DNA from: Octopus bimaculoides
Taxonomy: Eukaryota
NCBI RefSeq assembly: GCF_001194135.2
Contig: NC_068989.1
Span: 1,101,846 to 1,165,845, forward strand
Reading direction: 5' to 3'
DNA length: 64,000 nucleotides
Shown here: one piece after another, positions 1 to 11,929 of the stretch
How positions within the stretch are numbered: the first letter of the stretch is position 1
How the letters are laid out: each line of letters opens with the position of its first letter
Program-made: the position numbers and the translations under genes
The notes under the pieces: model-generated
What the model was told of the DNA's origin: nothing
Database searches by the model: none
What the model saw: the letters and a program-made list of their open reading frames with translations, nothing else

Positions 1-445
1 TGTAGATGCGATTTTTTTTTTATAAAGAACTCCAAAATTAGAAAAATAAAAAATCTTCAACAATTTTGGTCCCATGAGTATCGGATAATGGATTTTCAAC
101 TGTGTAAAGAAACTGATTGTGGTGGTCGTAGTTTTGACAGTGATTGTGGTGAAAGCAGAGTCAAATGTTGATGATGACGATGGTCGAGATAAGTATGGGA
201 GGAGGTTATGTTTTTGCCAGCGTTGGTTTGGGAAATTGGGTGATTTTCAGCATGGGTGGACATGGGTGGAAATGAGCTGCTTGGCAGAGGTTTGCGCTCT
301 CTGAGTGCTTTTCTAGTTTCACGTTATTTTCAAAGCTTATAGACTGGTTTTCTTTATTTTATGATTTAATAAACATTTATTTCACTTGTATCGACACTTG
401 TGTAATATTCAATTTTATCTCTCACTCCACTTCCTTTATCTATAG

Positions 446-932
446 CAAATATATTTTCTAAAGACTTTGGTGCTGCCTCAAAATTATTCACTACCACGAA
501 TCCTAACTGTTCAAATTCCTCTAATAATCTGGAGGATGAAGCCAGTGGCCAGATGCACGTTAATTGTGATTCTAAGGATGAAGTCGAGGAGAAAGATGAC
601 AACTGTCGACGAGTGATTGTGAAAGAAAGTCTGATCTCGTTACTGATGAAACTGCATTGTAAGTTGTCTGCCAAGAAACAACCTTCTTACATGCCCACCT
701 CAATGAGGAAGTGTTCAGAACGGCCATCAGCGGAACCAAGTAATCCTTCGGTCAACTGCGGTGATGGTCCTTACTATATTGGTCTCTTGTTGGACAGACT
801 TGCATCACAGGACTATTCCTGTTTACAAGAAACAGAAAGAATTTACCATGAAACAAAACCTAAAGTGAGGGAGAAACAACAGCCTCAAGAAAGGGGCACA
901 GCAACATCAGAAGATCTGGAAAAAGAGGAAAG
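446..932 (+). CDS. UBR3: UBR3 exon (first in window; acceptor at 446 or 464 uncertain)
   Basis: Open frame from 406; SLISLLMKLHCKLS...GDGPYYIGLLLDRL; donor AG|GTAAGT at 933. Confidence 0.8.
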
Positions 933-3900
933 GTAAGTCGTCTGGGTTCCGCACTCCAGTATTTTTACTGGACAGAAAATGGGTGCTAAAGATTTTCATT
1001 TAATTTAATTTCTTAACAACAACATCAACATGACATTCATAATGTGTTCTTTTTCTTTCACCTGCCTCATTAACACCTGACTTTCATTGTTTTTACCATT
1101 TTCTTTATTGGTTTTTCTCTCTCAAACATGTTCACAAATATTAGTTCTTTAGTCTGAGACATTACTTTTGATTTTCTTTTCCACGAGCAAGATTTATTCC
1201 CATTTGCACATTTATTCATCTTCCTAAAACTAAATCCATACATTTTCTCTTCGTGCTAAGAATTTTTAAACGTCTTTTCTTGAATTTTCCTAGTTCTATA
1301 AATTCTTCAGTTTGACCTGTTCCACAACCTTTTCTTATTTAGCACTTCTACACAATTCCTTTCAGACTATGTTATTTTCCTTGCTATCTTATTCATTGCA
1401 ATTAGTTAATGCCAACACCTCTGTCTCTCTCTTTCTCACTGTCTGAAAGGTGCTTCTTTCATCTCTTATTTCCATATTCAGATTCCTCTAAAAACAGATT
1501 TAAGTATTAATTTTTAACTTTCTGGAATAAACTTCTTGAAAGTTCCTTCATGTTAATTCCCTTTACCTTGTCGAACTCTGTTATTCCATAAATATGTTAT
1601 CTAGCTCTGGTTATGCCTAAATACAGTTGTCTTCTAACAGGGTTCCTCACTAACATACCACCAGACATGGCCTGCAATTTCATGACAAATAGTAAGGAAT
1701 CGACTAATTAGAGGCAAATGCATGTTTTAGTAATTTTTAATTCTGCATTCCTAATTAAATTGCATATGTACAGTGTATTCGTTTTGTTTCTTTTATCAGA
1801 AGGAAGAAGGCACGGGAACGGCGGCAGAAATTAATGGCAGAGTTTGCTTCCAAACAGAAAGCTTTCATGGAACAAGCAATGGACATGGATGGTAAATAAG
1901 AACTCTTTTCTTCATCCTTCTCATTCTTTATTTTGTCTCTTGTGCTTTCAGATCTCTATTTAGTTTCAATATCTTGAACTGGATTTGTTATGTGGACACT
2001 GTGGAAACTGGCTGACTTTCCATCAGTGAGAGTGATGGGAAAATGGGGATCGGAGAGTAATTTTGGTCACCAGTGCTTCTGAAAGTACTTTATTTCTAGA
2101 GAAAAGTTCTTGTGTAGAGATTTCTTTTTTTTTGTTTTGCAGATATCGGTGAAGATGTCCAAGATAATGGTGAGCAGTCAGTGTTAGAAGATGGTTTCCA
2201 TTGTGCCATTTGCAGTCAGACTATGCCAAGTACTTCAGAACGTCCTTTTGGCATTGTGGTTCTGCTATTGTCTACTAGTGGTAAGTCACAGGATGACATC
2301 TGATTATTTTGTTTGATATAAAATTACTCTGTTGTAAATAATTCACCTTCAGTGACTTTGGTAGAATAGTGGAGGGACCAAAATGTATTGTTATGGACAT
2401 TATTTCAGCACAACTGACATTTTCTGGCTCTTTATCTTTCACTTCTCTTTCTTCATTGTCATCATGCTCTTCATGAAAATGCTTTTCATCACTACTACTA
2501 CTACTACCAAAGTAATCGTCAACTTCAACTTGAATGTTGATTTAACATCACAATAGGTTCTCCTTCATATCTGTGGAGTGGATGAATTTTTATTCAATTG
2601 GTATTTTTTAAAATAAAAATCCTGTCTGAATTCTTTGCCATTTTGTTTATATATTTTGTTTATATTTTTTGTTTATATATTTTGTTTATATATTTTGTTT
2701 ATATTTTTTTTTCCCAATCTTATTTCTTAGTGCTTGGTCATTGTCCAAGCCAAGAACAACGGCGGCATTTGCCAGTTGGGAAACTGAAGTTCAAAAGTGT
2801 ACCATTGTCTTGTGCAGATATTAGGAAACAACATCTTAACCTTTTAATGAAATATTATTCAGAGGTAAGTTTATCAAAACAACTTCTTGGACACTGTCAG
2901 TTATTCATTTAGTTGTTGTTGTTCCAGGCCAGTGCCACTGGATTGGCTCCTGTGCAGGTGGCACGTAAAAAACACTGAGTGTGGCTATTGCCAGTACCAC
3001 CTGACTGACCCTCATGCTGGTGGCACATAAAAGCACCCACTGCACTCTCAGAGTGGTTGGCATTAGGAAGGGCATCCAGCTGTAGAAACTCTGCCAGATC
3101 AGATTGGAACCTGGTGTAGCCATCTGGCTTGCCAGTCCTCAGTCAAATCGTCCAACCCATGCTAGCATGGAAAGCGGACGTTAAACGACGACGATGATGA
3201 TGATATTAGACAGGATATGAAATATTGATTTCTCTAAGCTAAACAAAAAATGCTTTTTTTTTTAGTCGATAGAATCAACTCTTGTAGTTATTTTATATTC
3301 TGTCTTGCCTAATGAAAGCAAAATTGGGATTTAGAAATTAAACTTGGAACATAGAAGGGTTTAACTGAATTATCATCCTCTGACATCTGACAAACACAAG
3401 TGTCTTGGTAGAGAGGAAATAGAAGGCTAGCTGACATTCCATAGGTGTGGCTGGGAGTGATGGAGTCAGTTCTCCATCCCTCAAAGGAGGTGGACATAAG
3501 AGAGAGAGAGTCTAGAGACAGTAGATCCTGGAGATCATTTGGTCTACTGTCTTAAACAAAGAAGGCTATGGGTGTGCTACCTTTCCTCTTCAGCTCTCCG
3601 ATAAAAAGAAAACAGATTTGAAACATTCTACAGATTCAAAATAATGTTTCTGAAACTCTCCACAAAAATAAGATTAGCTATTGTTGTTGTTATTAAGACT
3701 TTGATATCGTTTTAAATATCATTTCTATGATATTAAGGATCCTCATATTAAGTATTTGTGTACACATCTACCAAGAAATAAACCCTCTTCAGATTTCCAA
3801 TGAAGTTATATGATAGTATTGTTGTTGTTTTTTTTCTTTTTCAGACACCTGTTAGTAAATCTGCCAACATAGGCTGGGAAGGTGGAGTTTTGGTACAATC

Positions 3901-6900
3901 TTGTGGCCATTACCTTCACCTGGATTGCCATAAGCAGTACCTAGAATCATTAAAGGTAAGTCTTCAAGCAATGTTTTGGTTAAAATGTTTTATTTTGATG
4001 ATTGCTTTGATGGCAGTTGCTGTAATGACATTGTTGCTAGAAGAAGGAAGGGCATGGCTGAGTGTGGTAAGTAGGTTCCTTACCAACCACATGGTTCCGG
4101 GTTCAGTCCCACTGCGTGGCACCTTGGGAAAGTGCTTTCTACTGTAGCCTCAGGCCGACCAAAGCCTTGTGAGTGGATTTGGTAGAGGGAAACTGAAAGA
4201 AGCCTGTCATTATTTATATGTGTGTGTGTGTCTGCCCAACCTCTTAGTGTGTTTATATCCCTGTAACTTAGCAGTTTGGCAAAAGAGTCCAATAAAATAG
4301 GTACCAAGCTTAAAGAAATAAGTACTGGGGTCGATACATTCAACTAAAAATTCTTCAAGCCAGTGCCCCAGCATAGCCACTGTCTAATGACTGAAACGAG
4401 TGAGAAATAAAAGCCACCCATTTGGTCCATGCAACAGAGAAAAATGAATGCTAAACGAATGCCAAACGAATGTTAAACGAATGCTAAACGAATGCTAACT
4501 GATGCAAAAAAAAAAAAAAAGAAAGAAAGATTGAAATCCAATTAAATTTTAATTGTATGCTTAATCTAGATTTTTTTTCTTTTTTTTTAAGGGGCCATAC
4601 CTCCAACAGACTCTGGCTGTGAACGATGGAGAGTACTGGTGTCCTGTGTGCCGTCAGCTTGCAAATGCTGTCATTCCCATAATTCCCAATGACAGGAAAC
4701 CTACACCGATTCCTGCACCAACGGACTCTAACAATCTACAGAAAATGGCACAAGACATTGAACAGTTACTGCAACAACAGCCACAAGTCAATGTAAGTCA
4801 CTGCAATCCCCCCCCCCCATCTCTGTGTGTGTGTGTGTGTATAAAAAGGTTGAATGTAGATTCGTCCTTTAATTTGGAAGTTTCCAAAAATGATTTCTAA
4901 TATTGGTTCTTCATATTTTGCTGGGAGTTTCCAGGCGTAAATTTGCAAAGATATGAAAGTAATGCTTGTATACGATGTGTTGTGAATTTATGGAAAGAAG
5001 TCCCATAAAACTCATCAATTTTGTTAAAAATGGAGAAGATGTTTTATACACACGCACGCACGCACGCTCTCTTTCTCTCTCTCTCTCTCTCTCTCCTTTT
5101 CTCTCCCCCTCTAATAACAACGTAACTGCTAATTGACAATGTTGTCTTGTGTTTTAGTTGTTTCTGGCCCAGAAATGTTCTTTGATCGATGAATTAACCA
5201 GTGCCACTCACCCCATGTACAGGAAATACTGTGAGGACAGTTCAGCTAACATCTGGCTCTTTACCTGTTCCATTGTCAGGTAACATTTTTAGATCATTTT
5301 TTTTTTCAATTTCCATCTTCGTTTTGAAAATAAATTTGTATTTTTTAATTGAACACCTGTAGTGTTTCTTCAATGACAATCCCCCTCTTTATTTTATTTT
5401 AGACAATATATCTAAGAGTATATTATCCAATGTACCCTTTTTTTTATGCACATTGCTCTCAATAATCTTGTATGTTTTGTCCATGTGACCATCTCCCCCA
5501 CTAATTAAATATCAGCAACTGTCCACCCGTGTAGCAAGGTACCCGACACATTTATTTTGTGAGTTCAAGACATGAGGCTGGTAAATCCTCAAAGCATTGG
5601 ACGAAATGCTTCGTGGCATTTCTTCCAATACTTTACATACTGAGTTCTAATTCCACCAAGATTGACTTTGCCTTTCATCCTTTCAGGGTAACAATATAAG
5701 TAGTAGGGGGTGGGGAAGCAATGTGATTGACCTACCCCTTCCACTAAAATTGCTACTGTTGTGCCACAGCAATTTCACGAGGGCCTCCACTGCTGTGTAA
5801 TCCTACACATCACATTCAAATTCGTGTGACTTTGTAAAAAATCTTTGTCTTTCATGTCAGGTTGCAGAGCCTCTTTTTATGGTGTCTGTGGCTGAAGAGG
5901 AGATGACCTCCTCTCCAAAATGCTTTCCCACAGCCTGGTTGGAGGAGGCTGTGGGCTGACTTGCAGTATTTACACCTCTTTGTCTACAGCAAGACATTTT
6001 ATCCAAGACAGAATACTGTGAATGACTTCCTCGTGGGTTCAAATATGCCTCAAGCACATTTGAACTGGTAACACGTTTCTGCTGGTGATTCTAGACACAA
6101 TATTTTGGGTGACACTGGGCATTTTGTGCTGTCTTTTAATAAACAATGTTTTGTTCTTTGGTATGAAGAGTCTTCAGCCATTTTATTCCAGACCATTCTT
6201 TTAGGTTCTGAAAAAGGATGTGTTATTTCTTTTCGTTACAGAACTAATTTGGAATTGGAACTTCTAGGCTATGGTGGTCAGTTATTTACCAGGGAGTCAC
6301 CTTCAAGTAAACCTAAAGTTTTCAGTAAGTACCTGATGTCTGTAATTAATTGGTTATCCAAGGGATGCAAACAGTCGCTAACAATATCAACACACACTCT
6401 AAACTTCATCTTTGACTTATGAAGATTGTTGTTCAACACAATTATTATTATCAAGTTGGCAAGCTGGCAGAACGGTTAGCACGCCAGACAAAATGCTTAG
6501 TGCTATTTTGCCCATTGCTATGTTCTGAGTTCAAATTCCACCGAGGTTGACTTTGCCTTTCATCCTCTTGGGGTAGATGAAATAAGTACCAGTTGAGTAC
6601 TGGGGTTGATATAATCGACTTATCCCCTCCCCCAAAATTTCAGGCCTTGTGCCTTTAGTAGAAAGGATTATTATTATTTGTTTTTGTTTTTTTTCAGTGC
6701 CACTTTTCCGTATGTTGAGTTATACCTGCAAAACCTTACCTCCAGTGCCCCAGACTGATCTTTGGAAATTAATTACAGGTGTGGCTGTGATAGGAGATAG
6801 TAGCTCTTCGTAAGTTTGCTTTCTGTTTCCCCCGGTTACGATTTTACTAATTAAAAGAAATGTGTTTTAAGAGAAAAGTTGGGTGTAAGAGGCATCAGAT

Positions 6901-8609
6901 GTATTGTGCAAGAGAGAAGACTGCACTGGTGTAGTCATGTGATGCATAAAGAAGTACCAGTCTGTGAAAGAGGTAGACCCAGGAAGGCATGGGATGACGG
7001 GGTGGAATATGATCTTTGGATGTGGAACTTCATGGAGATAATGACTAGTGACCAAGACTTCTGGCAATTTGCTGTGCTGCTTGAGAAGTCATGTCAAGCT
7101 AAGAGAATTGTGGTTGTGGCCACTGCCAGTGGCATGTAAATGGCACCTGTGCCAGTGATACATAGAAGGCACTCAGTACACTCTGTAAAATAGTTGGTGT
7201 TCGGAAGGGCATCCAGCTATAGAAACCAAGCCAAAACAGATGCCTGGAGCCTGGTGCTGGTTTCTGGCTGACCAGCTCGAGTCAAACCGTCCAACCCAAG
7301 CCACCATGGGAAACGGATGTTAAGTAATAATGAGATGAAGTTAAGAAACATTACAAATAGACTTGAAATCTCTTTTTTTTCACTCCGGTGAAACAATAGT
7401 TTAACCAAAGTGAACAATTCTTTTCTGACATTTGTTGAGGAATCTGAGAAAATTTAGGATTTAGTATTTCCTCTCTGCCGAAAAACCATTCTGCAAGGTT
7501 TTAGTAAAATCGCAGAGTTTGGATGTAATGGCTTCCCTCTGTCTTCTACTTGGAAGAAATGGCAACAGTTGTTTTGATTGCTGACTATGATGATAACAGC
7601 AACAAGACTACACCTACACACGATAGGCTTCTTTCGTTTTCCATCTACCAAATCCACTCACAAGGCTTTGTCTGCCTGAAGCCATAGTAGCAAACACTTA
7701 CTCAAGGTACCACACGGTGGGACTGAACCTGGAACCTTATGGCTAGGAAGCAAATTTCTTACCATATTAACTAGACGACAGATTTGAAATGGATATGGAG
7801 GAGAGAGAGCATGTGGCTGATGATGTCGTGAACAGTGATAAAAAGACTTTGAGACTAATAATAAAGAAGTGAAATTGAACCAGTGTGTGTGTGTGTTGTT
7901 GGCATAATGACCCACCCAAGACACAACAGTATATAATGCTACACAGAAAAGTCTTTAAAATCTCTTCTGATCGTTTATTTCAGATTTTCAAATGTTCCTG
8001 GTCAAGTGCCTATTTTGCTGAGAGACCCTGTGGCTCTGCTTTTGAATTTCTTACTTCAGTTACCAGAAGTCAGTAAACGTAAGTTGGACACCAACTCTTT
8101 CTCTTTTATGTGTGAGAACATATTATTCCTCAGGCAGCGAACTGGCAGAATCGGGAACATGGCAGAGAAAATGCTTAGTGTTCATTTTGTCTGTTTTTAC
8201 ATTCTGAGTTCAAATTCTGCCAATGTTGGTCTTGCCTTTCATCCTTTCAGGGTTGATTAAGTAAGTACCAGTTACGCACTGGGGTCGATGTAATCGACTT
8301 AATCCCTTCCCCCAAATTTGAGGCCTTGTGCCTTTAGTAGAAAGGATTAGTATTATTATTGATAGTCTCTGCACAGCTTCTAACGCTGGAGATGTACTTC
8401 GGTGTCAGCTGTTCACTACCAGTGAACTAAGGTAACACCCCTTATTTCTCGAGCGGTTCCAAGCAGTGCTGTTTTCTGCAAGTGATCCACCCTTATTGAA
8501 AATTTTTACTCACTACTCCCAGGGCTCCTACAATTATTGGTACTTCTGCCACCTTTTTCATCGACCATAACTGCTTAACCTCCCAAGCTAACCTGTCATA
8601 TCTGTCGAC

Positions 8610-8662
<53 letters not shown>

Positions 8663-11600
8663 CAATAATGAATTGTTTCTCAACTCAATTTTTTGTCAAA
8701 ATGTGACCAGTCATACTTTTTTGATTTTTAAGCTTTTTCTAGAATTTCCTCGTTAATGCCAGAATCTTTTGATTGTTCCATTTGCAGAGCATTTCAGTTA
8801 TGTGGTGAACTCTCTGTATAACATGGCCTATATCCAAGCGTTGGTGGTGACCAGCCTGAAGTTGACTTCTAACGAAAGGGTAGCTTGGTGTAAAAAACGC
8901 ATGAGTGTAAGTATTCACTCACACTGTTCTCTCTTTTGCTTTGTTTACTCACGTTGTCCTGGTAACCCCTTGACATTTAAATTGGCCAGATACAGCCCAA
9001 ATATTCTATCTATTTGACGTTCAAACTGACCAGATCCAGCCTCTCACACCTACCCTGCAATGTTAAAATGTACAGAAAATAGACTCCATCAACCACCATA
9101 GGGATAAGCTAGAGGTAGTAGATAGCTTCTGTTACCTAGGTGACCCCCTGCAAAAGTTAAGGCTTGTAGACAGAAAGAACATTCTGTTACTCTGTTGTTT
9201 TGTGAGGAATTTAGAAATAATGTTTATTTACAAAAATACTTGGAGAACTTTTGAAATGATGGAGTTTCTCTCTCTTTCTATTCCCTCCTTTTTTGGTCTT
9301 GTTTTCCTTGAATAAAGAGTGACAGACATAGAATTGAGAAGAGTCTCTAGTCTTGTAAAAGACTTAGCAACCCTATCTGATCCTGGGACCACAATGAATG
9401 GCAGCTCATACATTCTGTATTAGGAAGGGGATCCAGCTATAGAAACCATGAAATGTCATCCTCTGACCATTCTAAGAGGTCAGTAAGTCCTAAAAACTCA
9501 GACTAAGATGACCCTCAGTGAACCATTGTCCACATCAAAGGTGGACATAAAATGTCAGGAAAATGAATGTCTTTGTACAAATGACTCTTCTGCTCTGTTC
9601 TTTGGACACAACGAAGAATACAGAAAATCTGAACGATTTTGTTGAGTCTTGCTAATGTTTTGACATTTTTACAAACACTCTCAGTTTGAAGTCCAAAGAG
9701 TTTATTGTTGTTGTTTAGTACCAGATCCCTGACTGAATACACTTATGATCAGAGATTTCCAACCATGACCATCCCATCTTTTTCTTAGTCACTGTGTATC
9801 TAGGACTACTTTATCCTATGTATCCTTCCCCTTTCAAAACTGTAACTTGGAGATTTGGTTGCTGTTTTTAACAGACATAGAAAAGCTGGCTCCCTCATTG
9901 GTTTCTCCCCCATTGACTGGTTCCCCCATTGGTTGGCTCCCCCCATTGGCTGGCTCTCTCATTTACTGGCTCCCCCATTGGTTGGTTCCCTCATTTGCTG
10001 GCTCTCTCATTGGCTGGCTCCCCCATTAGCAGTCTCCCACTAGCTGGCTCCCCCATTGGCTGACTCCTCCATTGGTTGGCTCCCCCCATTGGTTGGCTCC
10101 CCCCATTGGTTGGCTCCCCCCATTGGTTGGCTCATTCTTATCTGCCCATAATCCTTCTATGTCTTCATTGTTAATTTTAAACGTTTGCAGGATTCCTTGC
10201 AAGAAGTCAGTGGAATGATGAGCCATGTCATCACACGACTGCAACTCAGTCAACTGTACGATGAGAAAGATCAGCAACTCGGGTGTGTAAGTATCTGCTT
10301 GGCGACTTTTTGTTTGTTTTTAACTTTATCTTAAGCAGTCGTCAGTGGAACTGTTTTTTGAGAAAATGAATTATTGACAAAGATATCAGGAGAACAGTTT
10401 GTTTGTGGGTATGATTAGTTGTGATGTGGTGTTGAGAGATGTTAAAAGAAAGCAGAAAAGAATCATCATCATCATCGTTTAACGTCTGCTTTCCATGCTG
10501 GCATGGGTGGGACGGTTTGGCAGAAGCCTGCACCCAACTCCTGTGACTGTTGGCAGGGTTTCTACAGCTGGATGCCCTTCCTAACACCAACCACTCAACA
10601 GAGTGGACTCAGTGCTTTTTACATGGCACAAGCACAGGCGAGGTCAGTTTTGGCAAGGTTTTTATGGCTAGATGCCCTTCCAAATGCCAACCACTTTATA
10701 GTGTGGACTGGATGGTTTTAATGTGGCACCTGCACTGACAGGCTCACCAAGTACCTTGCAAGACCAAAAACTCTTTTGAGAGGGGAGGTGGGCATTGGAG
10801 GAGGTGATCTTGTGTCAGTTGATGAAAGGTTGTAGAGAGACAGAAACAGGTGTCTTGCTGTGGTGGAGGTACAAGGTTACCCAGCTGGAGACAGGGAGAG
10901 AGAGAGAGAGAGAGGAATGAAGACGGAAACAGGTGTGTTGCCCCAAAGGAGATACATGGTTACCCAACCTGGGGGGAAGTACAGGAGAAGGAGAGAAAGA
11001 GAGTGGGAGACAGCTGGATAGAGATAGTGGCAGAGTGCTGGGCATACTCACAAGGGACAGGAATCAGAATATAAATGGGATGGTTGTGTAAAGGAAGAGA
11101 GAGATATAGATGGTGGCAAGTGCCAGGGCATAGCCTTGAGATTCAAATGCCATAATATAAGTGGCAGAATATTGCAAAGGAAGCATGATTAAAGAGTGCG
11201 GAGGTGGGGAGTAATTGGCAAAAACCTATCCGGGGTGGCTACCGGATAGCAATGATACAGAAGAACAGGGCCGTGAGGGAAGGTTTGGGGAGTGAGAAGT
11301 AGGCATAGTGTATGAAGGAGGAAATGTGAGGAAGAGAAGAGATATAGATTGGTTTGTTGGGGTAGGGTGAGGGAGAAAAGTTTTCTTGTTACATGTGGGA
11401 GGAACACACAGGTCAGGGGCTAGTGGACAGCAATGATACAGTGAGACAGGGCCAAGGATTGGGGAGTGGGAGGTAAGCACAGTGCATGAAGTGGAAATGT
11501 GAGGAAGAGAAGAGATGTAGTTTGGGGTTTTTTTGTGGTAGGATGTGTGAAAAGTTTTCTTGTTAAAAGCAGAAATGTGGGTGAAAATAAATTGAATCCT

Positions 11601-11897
11601 ATTGAATTATGATTGTGGTTTGAGAAAAGTTCAGTCACGCCATCTTTCTTGTAGATATCGCAGTGGATCTGGAGCCCAGACAGTGTAGAAAGTGTTTTAC
11701 AGTCCTATTTGCTTCCTTATTTAAGAATTGCTGCACTCTTACAGCGACATTTATTTGATGAAGAATTCCCACAGAAAAAGGTAAAAGTATTTGATAAGAG
11801 ATTTTGGTAAATAGTTTACTCTTTTTTTTTTTTTTATTCAGTTGTAAGCAAAAAGGATAACATAATGTTTAAATCTGCTTAATTTCTTCTTAGGTGT

Positions 11898-11929
<32 letters not shown>

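Noticed and set aside
366-674. Minus-strand 102-aa ORF
   Set aside because: Antisense shadow of the UBR3 exon.
5860-6060. Possible alternative UBR3 exon, or hammerhead (CTGAAGA-GGAG..CTCC)
   Set aside because: The required phase-2 frame stops after 14 codons; no GAAA follows the hairpin.
9886-10134. Regular repeat array as a possible CRISPR
   Set aside because: No unique spacers, eukaryotic intron, no cas genes; it is a minisatellite.
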